Origin: Candidatus Thorarchaeota archaeon
Lineage (GTDB): Archaea > Asgardarchaeota > Thorarchaeia > Thorarchaeales > Thorarchaeaceae
NCBI GenBank assembly: GCA_019057475.1
Contig: DXJO01000004.1
Span: forward strand, 1-64,000
Length of the DNA stretch: 64,000 bases
Direction: 5' to 3'
Below are positions 49,474-58,949 of this stretch, one piece after another. Below the pieces are notes generated by a model. The model saw nothing but the letters and a program-made list of their open reading frames with translations, made no database searches and was not told the DNA's origin. Position 1 is the first letter of the stretch. Every line of letters begins with the position of its first letter. Both the position numbers and the translations under genes were made by a program.

Positions 49474-50808
49474 GTGGCATATGTAATGTCGTCAGAATCG
49501 ATTCAAGCAATGGCGGAAGGAAGCAATGACATGGAGGGACGTGGAACACAGTTTCAGATACTGGCACTAATCCAGCTTATAGTGTCCATGATGGGTTTCA
49601 TGTTCGGTGGAACGGTCGTACTCGGAAGTCTTGCAGTAATGATGGGTGGACTGGAGGCAGGTTCTTGGTTGTTTTTGACCGCTTGGTTTGTGCAATCAAT
49701 CATCATCCTAATTCTGAGCTACATGCTGCTGCGGATAGGAATCGCCCTTTTGAATCGCGATATGTGGGCGTTCTCAGCCGCACTCTACCTGAACCTTTTG
49801 CTTGTCCTCGTATTCCTTACAATCGGCGGTGCCGGAACAATATTCGCGACCGCAGCCATTGTTCCAGTCGTTGTTCTCTTCTTGCCTGATGTGAAAAAGT
49901 ACTGGTACCCGAGCTTTTACGAGGACACAGTGCCGCGCATCAAGGAGTTGCGCCACGCTCTGTATCTAATTCGCAAGAGTCCCCTTGTGGTTGCAGGCAT
50001 CGTGATACTGGTCTGCTTTGTTGCAATTGCACTGCTCGCTCCATTCATCACTACCTACGGCCCGGAGCAGAGAATCTGGGCTGATTCCAATCTTCCCCCA
50101 GGCTCTCCGAGTTCCGTGGAGGGCATGCCTGATCATATCTGGGGAACCGATGATTCCGGTGGGGACATATACAGTCGGCTTATCTGGGCTGCACAAGTTG
50201 ACCTAAGGATTTCTCTTTCGGTAGTCATAGTTGCAGTAATGATTGGCACATTCATTGGTGCGGTGGCAGGGTACTACGGTGGCAAGATAGACGAACTCGT
50301 CATGCGCGTCACCGACGTGTTTTTCGCCTTTCCAGGTCTAATACTGTGTATGGCCATCGTCATGGCGTTGGGAGAGAAAAGCCTCGACACTATATCCATT
50401 GCATTGATGGTGGTTTGGTGGCCTACATATGCTCGTCTTGTGAGAGGTCAGGTTCTTGCAGAGCGAGAGAAGCTCTATGTCGAAGCAGCTCGCTCTATTG
50501 GAGCTAGCGATGGTCGGATTCTGCTCTTCCATATTATCCCCAACACGATTCAGCCATTGATTGTCCAGTCCACAATGGACGTGGGTTCGGTCCTTCTGAC
50601 AGCTGCTGGTCTTGCTTTCATAGGATTCGGTCCTCCTGCTGGAGCTGCAGAATGGGGTCTGATGATTGCGATTGCTCAGCTGTATTTCTCGATGAATCAG
50701 TATGCAATTTTCTTCCCTGGGATGGCAATCCTGTTAACAGCATTGGCATCAAACTTGGTGGGTGACGGGTTACGTGATATTCTTGACCCCAAGCTAAGGA
50801 GGAGATAG
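49474..50808 (+). CDS. oppC: Peptide ABC permease with N-terminal TM extension
   Basis: HIWGTD..G.D, YVEAARSIG, HIIPN, EWG and GDGLRDILDP. Confidence 0.92.
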   Translation: MAYVMSSESIQAMAEGSNDMEGRGTQFQILALIQLIVSMMGFMFGGTVVLGSLAVMMGGLEAGSWLFLTAWFVQSIIILILSYMLLRIGIALLNRDMWAFSAALYLNLLLVLVFLTIGGAGTIFATAAIVPVVVLFLPDVKKYWYPSFYEDTVPRIKELRHALYLIRKSPLVVAGIVILVCFVAIALLAPFITTYGPEQRIWADSNLPPGSPSSVEGMPDHIWGTDDSGGDIYSRLIWAAQVDLRISLSVVIVAVMIGTFIGAVAGYYGGKIDELVMRVTDVFFAFPGLILCMAIVMALGEKSLDTISIALMVVWWPTYARLVRGQVLAEREKLYVEAARSIGASDGRILLFHIIPNTIQPLIVQSTMDVGSVLLTAAGLAFIGFGPPAGAAEWGLMIAIAQLYFSMNQYAIFFPGMAILLTALASNLVGDGLRDILDPKLRRR

Positions 50809-50812
50809 ATCA

Positions 50813-51964
50813 ATGGCAACAGAAGAACTTGTGCTGAAGATAACGGGGCTCAAGACCAACTTCTATACCTACGAAGGTGTTGTTCTGGCGTTAGACGGCG
50901 TTGAGCTGTTTCTAAGGCGCGGCGACACGATGGGTCTGGTGGGCGAAACGGGCTGCGGGAAATCGGTCACGGCCAGATCAATTCTGAGGCTTGTTGAGCC
51001 GCCAGGAAAAATAGAGGAAGGTGAGATCATCTTCTTCGATTCGGATGACCGGTCCGGAAAGATTACACCAATCGATCTTCTCCAACTACACCCGGAAGAA
51101 ATGCTTCATGTTCGCGGAAAGAGAATTTCCATTGTATTCCAGGATCCGGCAACTTTTCCCAATCCAGTCTTTCGCATCGGCACTCAGATTGCTGAATCCG
51201 TCTTGCTTCATCAGGACCTCTCACGTGAAGTGGTTGAGATGAAGATTGGCGAGATGAGGAATTCCCTAACTGGCGATTTGCCCGAGGAACGCCGTAGTCA
51301 GGTAGTGGAAAAAATTAGGTACTATGAGCAGCAGCTTGATGAGCCTCCGGAACCTGATGACAAGGACAAGAAGAAAGCCGCACAGATCGTTGCTGAAGAA
51401 ATGCTGAAGCTTGTGAAAATGCCATCACCTTCTTCAGTGATGATGCAGTACCCCCATGAGCTGTCTGGTGGGATGAGGCAAAGAGCATTGATTGCAATGG
51501 CTCTTGTCTGTAATCCGGAGATCTTGATTTGTGACGAGGCCACAACAGCTCTGGATGTGACGGTTCAAGCACAAGTGCTCAATCTGTTAAACGAGCTGAA
51601 GAAGGAGATTGGGGCTTCAATAATAATAATAACACACGACATGGGTGTTGTGGCTGAAACCTGCAACTGGGTGAGCGTAATGTATGCAGGGACGACCGTA
51701 GAGTCCTGTGCAACCGTTGACCTTTTTGCAAATCCTGTTCACCCATACACTGCAGGCCTTCTGACTGCAGTTCCCAAACTACATGATACGAGGGAACGCT
51801 TCCCCCAGATACGGGGAACGGTGCCAAACCTAATTACACCCCCCTCAGGATGCCGATTTCATCCTCGATGTGACTATTGTACTGAGATATGCAAGAAGGA
51901 GAAACCCGAGCTCAAAGAGCATCGCCCAGGTCATTGGGTGGCATGTCACAACCCGTTGAGCTGA
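50813..51964 (+). CDS. oppD: Peptide ABC ATPase
   Basis: GETGCGKS, LSGGMRQR, DEATT and THD; C-terminal CRFHPRC..C..C motif. Confidence 0.93.
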   Translation: MATEELVLKITGLKTNFYTYEGVVLALDGVELFLRRGDTMGLVGETGCGKSVTARSILRLVEPPGKIEEGEIIFFDSDDRSGKITPIDLLQLHPEEMLHVRGKRISIVFQDPATFPNPVFRIGTQIAESVLLHQDLSREVVEMKIGEMRNSLTGDLPEERRSQVVEKIRYYEQQLDEPPEPDDKDKKKAAQIVAEEMLKLVKMPSPSSVMMQYPHELSGGMRQRALIAMALVCNPEILICDEATTALDVTVQAQVLNLLNELKKEIGASIIIITHDMGVVAETCNWVSVMYAGTTVESCATVDLFANPVHPYTAGLLTAVPKLHDTRERFPQIRGTVPNLITPPSGCRFHPRCDYCTEICKKEKPELKEHRPGHWVACHNPLS

Positions 51965-51981
51965 ACAGTGGAGGTTATGGA

Positions 51982-53007
51982 ATGTCTGACGACATATTAG
52001 TCAAAACTCGTGGACTCAAAAAGTACTTCCCCCTCACAGGTGGAGTATTCCGAAAGGTCATAGGGAAGGTTCATGCTGTCGATGGCGTAGATTTGGATAT
52101 CGCAAGAGGGGAGACCCTAGGCGTTGTGGGCGAGTCAGGCTGCGGCAAGACGACATTGGGCAGAACCATACTTCGATTACTCACCCCCACAGATGGCACT
52201 ATCGAGTTCGACGGGGTCGATATCACGGAGATTAAAGGTAGGGAACTCAGAGAAACTCGTAGGAACATGCAGATTATCTTTCAAGACCCGATGGCTTCTC
52301 TGAACCCCCGAGTCACTGTGAAGAACTCTGTAGGCGAACCATTTATTGTAAATAGAATCGCTAGAGGTCCGAGGATGCGAGATCTGGTGTTGGCCCTCTT
52401 TCTGAAGGTCGGACTCACGGAAGATCACTTGAATCGATTCCCACACGAGTTCAGCGGCGGCCAGCGTCAGCGAATTTGCATCGCAAGGGCTCTTGCACTG
52501 AACCCAAAGTTCATTGTGATGGACGAACCTACATCTAGTACCGATGTGTCAGTGCAAGCACAGACGCTCAATCTGATGAAGGACCTCCAAGATGAGTTCA
52601 AACTCACATACATGTTCATTTCACACAATCTTAGTGTTGTGAAGCATATGAGTGATCGCTTGGCGGTAATGTACCTAGGCAAGATTGTAGAGCTCACTCC
52701 TGGAGACATCTTCAGGGAAGCGCAGCATCCATACACGTTTGCACTGGTTTCGGCAGTTCCCATTCCTGACCCCAAGTTCGCTGGAAGAGCGCAGCTCCTC
52801 AAAGGGGAAGTGCCTAGCCCCATCAATCCTCCACGTGGCTGTCGTTTCCATCCAAGATGCATCTTCTGCAGGGATATCTGTACGCGTGAGGAGCCTGAGC
52901 TTAGGGACGTGGGCGATGGCCATCTGGTTGCATGCCATTTTGCTGGGGAGTTGGACTTCGGCGAGAGTGTTCAGCAAGAATACGCTGTTGCCTTGGCGGA
53001 TATGTAG
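51982..53007 (+). CDS. oppF: Peptide ABC ATPase
   Basis: [21 protein letters not shown] and SH; Cys tail; GGAGG RBS before ATG 51982. Confidence 0.93.
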   Translation: MSDDILVKTRGLKKYFPLTGGVFRKVIGKVHAVDGVDLDIARGETLGVVGESGCGKTTLGRTILRLLTPTDGTIEFDGVDITEIKGRELRETRRNMQIIFQDPMASLNPRVTVKNSVGEPFIVNRIARGPRMRDLVLALFLKVGLTEDHLNRFPHEFSGGQRQRICIARALALNPKFIVMDEPTSSTDVSVQAQTLNLMKDLQDEFKLTYMFISHNLSVVKHMSDRLAVMYLGKIVELTPGDIFREAQHPYTFALVSAVPIPDPKFAGRAQLLKGEVPSPINPPRGCRFHPRCIFCRDICTREEPELRDVGDGHLVACHFAGELDFGESVQQEYAVALADM

Positions 53008-53066
53008 TTCACGACCCAATCGAGCCATTAATGAACTCTACTCTCAATAATGGAGAGTGGTTAGCC

Positions 53067-53285
53067 ATGAGTTCGGAATTCACCCAACAGGACGAAAACG
53101 ATAACGAAGATGTGCCTTGGGATGATATCGTATACTATGAAGAGCAACAGGACCAGACCATTTACTTGGAAGCAACCGATTATGTCGCTCTATTCATTGC
53201 CGCCCTTCAAACGATTTTCCTGCCTTGTGTTATCTTGATGATAGTATTTGGGGCACTTGCGATTTTCCTCACCCTCATATTCTAG
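53067..53285 (+). CDS. Small membrane protein with acidic N-terminus
   Basis: LEATDYVALFIAALQT..TM; follows the opp operon. Confidence 0.55.
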   Translation: MSSEFTQQDENDNEDVPWDDIVYYEEQQDQTIYLEATDYVALFIAALQTIFLPCVILMIVFGALAIFLTLIF

Positions 53286-53303
53286 GCTTCAGCAGGTGGT
53301 ACC

Positions 53304-53642
53304 GTGAGTAGCAGGAAACACTTCATTCTAGGAGCAATGACCCTTGCGAGTGTGTTGGCTGTCTTGGATATTCTTCTTGCTCTCCTGCTTCTGGCAGCAT
53401 TTGGCAATGTTTCTGTATTCCACATGGCTTCGAATTTCTTGTTTATGGAGTTTGCAGGGATGCTCATCATTGGGGGCTGTCTTATGGCAAGAGAACCTCT
53501 TGAGGATAGTAAACGATATGATGACAATGGCAACCCTGTGATGTCATGGAGAGCTGCTCTTAAGGGAAGAAAGCTCCTAGGCGCTTCATTCTTCGTGCTG
53601 GTTATGTGTGGGCTCTTTGTAGTCATAGGGAACTACATTTAG
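53304..53642 (+). CDS. Small 3-TM membrane protein
   Basis: Three hydrophobic helices; GGTGG upstream. Confidence 0.6.
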   Translation: MSSRKHFILGAMTLASVLAVLDILLALLLLAAFGNVSVFHMASNFLFMEFAGMLIIGGCLMAREPLEDSKRYDDNGNPVMSWRAALKGRKLLGASFFVLVMCGLFVVIGNYI

Positions 53643-54446
53643 CCGCTTACCATCCTGAATGTCGGACGGTTTCCTATTTTGTATCCTACGCCTTCGCAAT
53701 GAAGCGATAATGACCTTGGGGATGATGTAGATTAAGAGAACTGACATCGTAATCAGGTAGAAGAAGGCGAGTGGGAACCACAGATCATTTGCTACAAGTG
53801 CTGGGTCAAACAGAAGCGTGTTAGAAAACGTGACAACCAGCCATGCAAGCATTGCAGGCAAGTCTTCTCCAAGGGGTGAGATTACTATGAAGGATATGCC
53901 TATTAATCCGGAGATGCGAAGCCATCTCCCAATGGATCTGACCGCTAGGCTCACGTAGACATAATCCCCTTGATTCAGTTGCGAGAATTCCTGCTCGCTA
54001 ACTTTGGCAAGAAGCAGCTCTGATATCTTCGCTTCTCCTGGACCCATGATTACAAGCGCTCCGACTAGGAACACAATCGCTGCAGGCCCGAATGCAATGA
54101 GCGACGCCATAAAGAATACTACCACAATCAATAACGAAAGAGATACTACAATGCCAATCCCCATTACGGCAAACAAGGTCTTGCCCATCAGGAGCTCCTG
54201 AAGATATCTTCCGAGTCTGCCATGAGGGGTCCTGATTACATTCTCGGTGACCCAAGCGTGGGAGAAACAGTCTGTGTACTCGGTCTTCCCTGACAGGTCC
54301 ACTTCCGAGGTGTCAAAAAAGCCTTCCATTCTCTCTTGAAGACGAATATGGCCTGCGGTTCGGTGATAACGCCGGAGTGTCGCAGCGACGATGATGACCC
54401 CAGTGAAAAACAAGGTGAGGATAAGTTCCATATCATTCAACCGCAT
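53586..54446 (-). CDS. Hypothetical membrane protein
   Basis: 286-aa ORF with 5-6 TM segments. Confidence 0.65.
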   Translation of the reverse strand: MRLNDMELILTLFFTGVIIVAATLRRYHRTAGHIRLQERMEGFFDTSEVDLSGKTEYTDCFSHAWVTENVIRTPHGRLGRYLQELLMGKTLFAVMGIGIVVSLSLLIVVVFFMASLIAFGPAAIVFLVGALVIMGPGEAKISELLLAKVSEQEFSQLNQGDYVYVSLAVRSIGRWLRISGLIGISFIVISPLGEDLPAMLAWLVVTFSNTLLFDPALVANDLWFPLAFFYLITMSVLLIYIIPKVIIASLRRRRIQNRKPSDIQDGKRLNVVPYDYKEPTHNQHEE

Positions 54447-54506
54447 TCATAGTTAGATGCTTGGCATAATTCCCTCAATTGAAACAAGCGTTAGAATTGT
54501 TTGTGT

Positions 54507-55442
54507 TCATTTACAGGTGACCGCCTTGTACAAAGTGTTCAGCCAGATGTGATGTGACAGCAGATCATCGCGTGCTTCAGTACCTGAGCCTGGTCCACCT
54601 ATGAAGATTCTGACTTCCCCTCGGAGTTGTGACTCTCGTCTGTTGCCAACACGTAGCCTGACATTGCTTCCGTCTGTCCTAAGTAACAATCCATGTTCAA
54701 AATACGCTCTTGGGCTTTCACAGAAAGTGTAGTCGAGCTCCTTCTGAGGTCGCGGATATATATCAGCGTCAAGGTGGCCAATCGATACACTCACAGCAAC
54801 TGGCAGACTTTCATAGTGCGGAACAGGTTTCGTTTGCCCCGGAAACTCGGGGGCAACTGCTCGCCACCTGGAATATTCAGTCTGCGTGATGCGGCCCTCA
54901 ACGATGCCGCTGAAGTCACCCCCGTTTCCACTGATTACAAGCAAGGAGTTCTTCGGGTCCATCCGGACCTTGCCATCAGACGGCCCAAGTCTCGTAACGC
55001 CCCAAGGGTTACTTGGGGACTCCGCTTTCTCCTCCCAAAGGAACCAGGGAATTGTGGTCATTGGAAGCATTCTTTCGGGGTTCTTCTCCTTTTTCTCCAT
55101 CAACTTCCAAGTGTCATCATTAATGACAAACAGTGACATACTCACGCCTGGTTTACGGGGATGGAAACGCTCGATGATGTCAGGAAGTGAGTCCCCCCCT
55201 GCTAAAAGCTCCTGTACTAGCTGAACGAGTTGACTGTGTTGTAGCTTTGTCTTCCCACTATCATCCATATCGATGCGTTGCTCAGGCGTCAGAGGGACCT
55301 CGATCATTTGCTTTCTCTCAAAGGATTCGATAGCCTCACGAGTAAAATCACAATGGGTTGACACAAGAGTGACTTTGGATGGACTGGGATAGGCTTTTCG
55401 GTCCGTGCCATCGCGACTGAGCAAATAGCTTGAAAAAGACAC
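54507..55442 (-). CDS. Hypothetical protein
   Basis: 311-aa ORF; no motif recognised; start uncertain. Confidence 0.55.
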   Translation of the reverse strand: MSFSSYLLSRDGTDRKAYPSPSKVTLVSTHCDFTREAIESFERKQMIEVPLTPEQRIDMDDSGKTKLQHSQLVQLVQELLAGGDSLPDIIERFHPRKPGVSMSLFVINDDTWKLMEKKEKNPERMLPMTTIPWFLWEEKAESPSNPWGVTRLGPSDGKVRMDPKNSLLVISGNGGDFSGIVEGRITQTEYSRWRAVAPEFPGQTKPVPHYESLPVAVSVSIGHLDADIYPRPQKELDYTFCESPRAYFEHGLLLRTDGSNVRLRVGNRRESQLRGEVRIFIGGPGSGTEARDDLLSHHIWLNTLYKAVTCK

Positions 55443-55467
55443 AGCAGTTCGTGACGCCGAGCTAATC

Positions 55468-56352
55468 TTGAAGAAGTGTACTGTGCAGGAGCTCTCTTCC
55501 GAGAACCTCGATGATTGGGTTAGGGTTTACAATCAAGGTCATCAGAGGTATAAGGGGTTTGTGCCATTCACTGAGGGTGATTTGACACATATGCTTCGCA
55601 ACAAGACCATAGACGGCGCATCGATGTACTTGGCACTGGAGGGAGTAAGGCCCGCCGCAACAGGTTGTCTCTGTTTTCCATCTCGGTCAGACACGGCGAT
55701 TCTTACAGACTTCAGCATTGTCCCAGGGTTGAATCTTGCTGCAAGTGCACTAATCGAGCACTGCTTGAAGCTTTCCAGAGAGAAGCACGCCCGTGCGCTT
55801 GTGAACTGGGTCCCTGAGGTAGCAGTTGCAGCTTCGGATGCCCTTGGTGACTTCACATTCGAGCCTTATCAAGTTCATCTCATTATGAGAAATGTTCTGT
55901 TACTAAAGCCGGAGCACACACCAGTGACTGGTATCACTGTCAAAGAAATGACTTCTTGTGAGAAGAATCCCGCAATCCCTGAGTTGCGCCAGCTTCTTCG
56001 CGAATGTCTTGACCTTCGAGAGATCCGTGATGTCAAGGCAAAGCATTGGCTACCACGTGTCATAGCGGTTGACGACGCCACCCCCAATCTTACGCTTATT
56101 GGTTTCGTATCGAAATCGAACAGGCGTGAAGCATGGATGCAGCTCATGGATTCGGAAGGTGCTGGCTTCCCGGACATTCCTCCATCGGAGGGCTTAATCC
56201 AGGAAGTGCTTGCTGTCTTGTTCAAGAAAGGAGTTCGCGATGTCAAGACGGAGATCCGATCGGAATTTCGCGTGAAGTCGCCTTTCATGTCAGCGGACTT
56301 TGAGGTCATGGAAACGGTTTACGAACTAATTCTTCCTCTTTCACATGCATAG
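55468..56352 (+). CDS. Degenerate tandem GNAT-fold protein
   Basis: GNAT-like strand/helix pattern (MYLA..ASALIEHC; GLIQEVL..KKGVRDV..F.V); weak CoA motif. Confidence 0.5.
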   Translation: MKKCTVQELSSENLDDWVRVYNQGHQRYKGFVPFTEGDLTHMLRNKTIDGASMYLALEGVRPAATGCLCFPSRSDTAILTDFSIVPGLNLAASALIEHCLKLSREKHARALVNWVPEVAVAASDALGDFTFEPYQVHLIMRNVLLLKPEHTPVTGITVKEMTSCEKNPAIPELRQLLRECLDLREIRDVKAKHWLPRVIAVDDATPNLTLIGFVSKSNRREAWMQLMDSEGAGFPDIPPSEGLIQEVLAVLFKKGVRDVKTEIRSEFRVKSPFMSADFEVMETVYELILPLSHA

Positions 56353-56426
56353 CATACGGTTTCGCGCCTTAGATTTTACGCGAAGAAATACTGGGCAAGA
56401 TTATAATACTAGGGTAATACGTCGTC

Positions 56427-56556
56427 GAGCTCGTCTTTTGCCGGGAGGATAAGACACACGAGCCGCGAGGACACACCAGACAAACGCGGACATTCATCCG
56501 AGAATCGGATTGGTAACAGGAAACCCCTTTCGTGGGCGTCCGAGTTGGGCGCTCAC
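56427..56556. ncRNA. Candidate multi-hairpin structured RNA
   Basis: Four consecutive stems; TTATAATA box at 56401; lies between convergent genes. Confidence 0.35.
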
Positions 56557-56559
56557 CCC

Positions 56560-57657
56560 TTATTCTTCTTCTATGTCACCCCAGCGATGACAACGAATCC
56601 AATGGTCGGTTTCAACTTCACGGTACTCTGGTATTTCCTCCTTGCAGATATCGATGGCAAATCTGCACCTTGGATGAAATGGACAGCCCTCCGGGAGGTT
56701 GGTAGGATCGGGCGGGTCTCCAGGAATCCCTCGCAGAGTAGGACGTTCGCCCCCAGCAGCCATTCTCATCATGGCGATTGTAGGGAAGCTTGACATGAGT
56801 CCCATGGTGTAGGGGTGACCCGGTTTGTGGAACATCTGGACTGCAGGACCTAGCTCCATGAACTTCCCTGCGTACATCACCGCCACTCTGTCAGACAGTT
56901 CTGCGACAACCCCTGCATCATGACTTATCAGAAGCAACGAAACATCAAACTCGTCACGAACCATTCGGAGTACATCTAGAATCTGTCGCTGGATTGTCAC
57001 GTCGAGAGCGGATGTTGGCTCATCTGCTATGACGAAACATGGTCCAGCTATGAGAGACATTGCAATGAGTATGCGCTGCGCTTCTCCTCCGCTGAAACAA
57101 CTTGGGTCCATTACAAAACGAGTACCAGAGTCAGCAAGCTTTACCAGATCAAGAAACTCGAGGACCTTCCTCTTCAACTGTATGAGTTTGAGATTACTTT
57201 CATGGACCTCCACGGGTTCTCCGGTTTGCATTCCGACGCTGAATTGAGGGTTCAGTGCATGGGCAAGCCCTTGGGGCATCATTGATATCTGGGAACCTCG
57301 AAGCTTCGTGAACTCCTCTTCAGGCAGCCCCGTCAGCTCGATGCCCTTGAAGTATACATGTCCACGAACCCCCGGCCGTTCTTCCTCCTCATGGACGCGT
57401 TTGTTGAACTGTTTACGTAGTCCGGGAATGTTTGAGCTCCCTGCTGCATACCGTGCAATTCTCTCGAAAAGGCCCATTATTGCCAAGGCCATGCTACTCT
57501 TGCCGCATCCTGATTCACCGAGCAACCCGACGCACTCTCCCTTTCTAATTTCAAAGGTTACATCATCCACTGCTTTGACGATTCCTCTTTTCGAGGTATG
57601 GTATGCCTTTAGATTTTCAACAACGAGTAATGCGTCACCTTCGGGCATGGCAATCAC
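56560..57657 (-). CDS. Orphan OppD-like ABC ATPase with post-Walker A insertion
   Basis: GESGCGKS, FSGGEAQR, DEPTSALD, SHD and CPFHPRC tail. Confidence 0.88.
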   Translation of the reverse strand: MIAMPEGDALLVVENLKAYHTSKRGIVKAVDDVTFEIRKGECVGLLGESGCGKSSMALAIMGLFERIARYAAGSSNIPGLRKQFNKRVHEEEERPGVRGHVYFKGIELTGLPEEEFTKLRGSQISMMPQGLAHALNPQFSVGMQTGEPVEVHESNLKLIQLKRKVLEFLDLVKLADSGTRFVMDPSCFSGGEAQRILIAMSLIAGPCFVIADEPTSALDVTIQRQILDVLRMVRDEFDVSLLLISHDAGVVAELSDRVAVMYAGKFMELGPAVQMFHKPGHPYTMGLMSSFPTIAMMRMAAGGERPTLRGIPGDPPDPTNLPEGCPFHPRCRFAIDICKEEIPEYREVETDHWIRCHRWGDIEEE

Positions 57658-57875
57658 GAGGGCCGAACAATCCTTCCCAGTATTAAACCGTCGGTTTCAC
57701 GTAACGCTATGAAAAGAAAAAGAGAGCAGGGAATGGATTCGTAGTGTTATTGCGATGATCGAACCGGAACCGGGCAATTCCTGATGCTTTGTATGCGCAG
57801 CCATCCAAGATGAACTAATAAGATTCGGCACCAGATGATTGCATCCTTCATCTCTCGTGGAGGATTGAATAAGCA

Positions 57876-58930
57876 ATGCCGGTTTTCGAGTCCAGTGGTT
57901 TGGTGCGGGACATCATCCTAGTGCTACATTTCGGCGTTATTTTTTACACGGTCCTCTTCGCCGCAGTGTTAATGGGAGATGGGCGCGGGACCCGAAACGG
58001 GCTTTACTCGATATTCGGTTTGCATGGGGAATCTTCCTTTTGGGTATGTGCTTGAATACAATCGCGTTCGCAATTGGGGATTTCTATTTCAATATAGCCC
58101 CATTTCACTTACTCTGGATAAAAGCTGGTTACATTGCAATGATACTGGCATTAGTTGCATTTTACTTTGCCATGGAACGAGTGCTGCCCTATCCCACTCA
58201 TCACGCTTTCTCGATATCTGGAATCATAACTGCCGCTCTAATCATCGTGTCGCCAAGTCACCTCATGGTGTATCTTGCTCTGGCAATGACCTTGGTTACT
58301 CTCTTTGGTCTCATTCTGTTCTTCATTCATTCAAGGAGGGGTACAACTGGCGAGGTGAGAAGAGACATAAATCGCATGACTATTGGCTTTCTTGTAGCCA
58401 TTATTGGGTTCATGGGGCGAGCTGACTTCTTTTACTACAACATTGGCGAATTCGTCTATCTAGCTGGGGCCGCGTTGCTTGTTACTGGGTTAGCAGTCTT
58501 CGGGTATGTGATGATTGGTTCTCCGGCCATGGCGGAACTTGACTGGAGGACGCATCTAACTAGGCTCTATGTCATAAACAAGGGTGGTGTCCTTATTTAC
58601 TATCATCACTTTGTGGATGTCCAATTTAAAGCTCAAGAGCTCACGGCCGCCGGGATTTCAGGGATACAATCACTCATGCAAGAAACAATGCAAAGCGATG
58701 CGGGACTGAACCATCTGTCGATCGGAAACTACGAAATCCTATTTGCTTATAGCGATTATTCAACTTGCATCCTTCTCTGCACGAAACCTTACCGAGTACT
58801 ACTCGACAAAGTGATCGAGTTTTCCAATCGATTCCAAAATTTGTTTGGCCCGGAACTTCGCAGCTTTGGAGGCGACATTACGCCCTTCAAATCAGCATTA
58901 GAAATAGTCGATGCTCTATTTCTAGAATGA
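57876..58930 (+). pseudogene. 7TM-longin-like fusion, frameshifted near 57974 (or sequencing error)
   Basis: ATG 57876 after GGAGG encodes TM1 in one frame; the rest (GRWARDPKR..) continues in the 58040 frame; C-terminal LYVINKGGVLIY..AGISGIQSLMQE..F.NRF domain. Confidence 0.7.
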
Positions 58931-58949
58931 TATGACATCCATCGTGCCG

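Noticed and set aside
51200-51400. Charged insertion in the OppD helical domain
   Set aside because: Insertions at this position are common in archaeal OppD proteins, it has no intein motifs, and catalytic motifs are intact
57751-57845. Box C/D sRNA (GCGATGA..CTGA..AGATGA..CAGA)
   Set aside because: Boxes are degenerate, spacers are too long, and the region is a divergent promoter interval
57930-57980. Programmed -1 frameshift at the T6 run (57940-57945)
   Set aside because: Not a canonical in-frame slippery heptamer; shifting there would replace the hydrophobic TM1 end with polar residues, so a 1-bp loss near 57974 fits better
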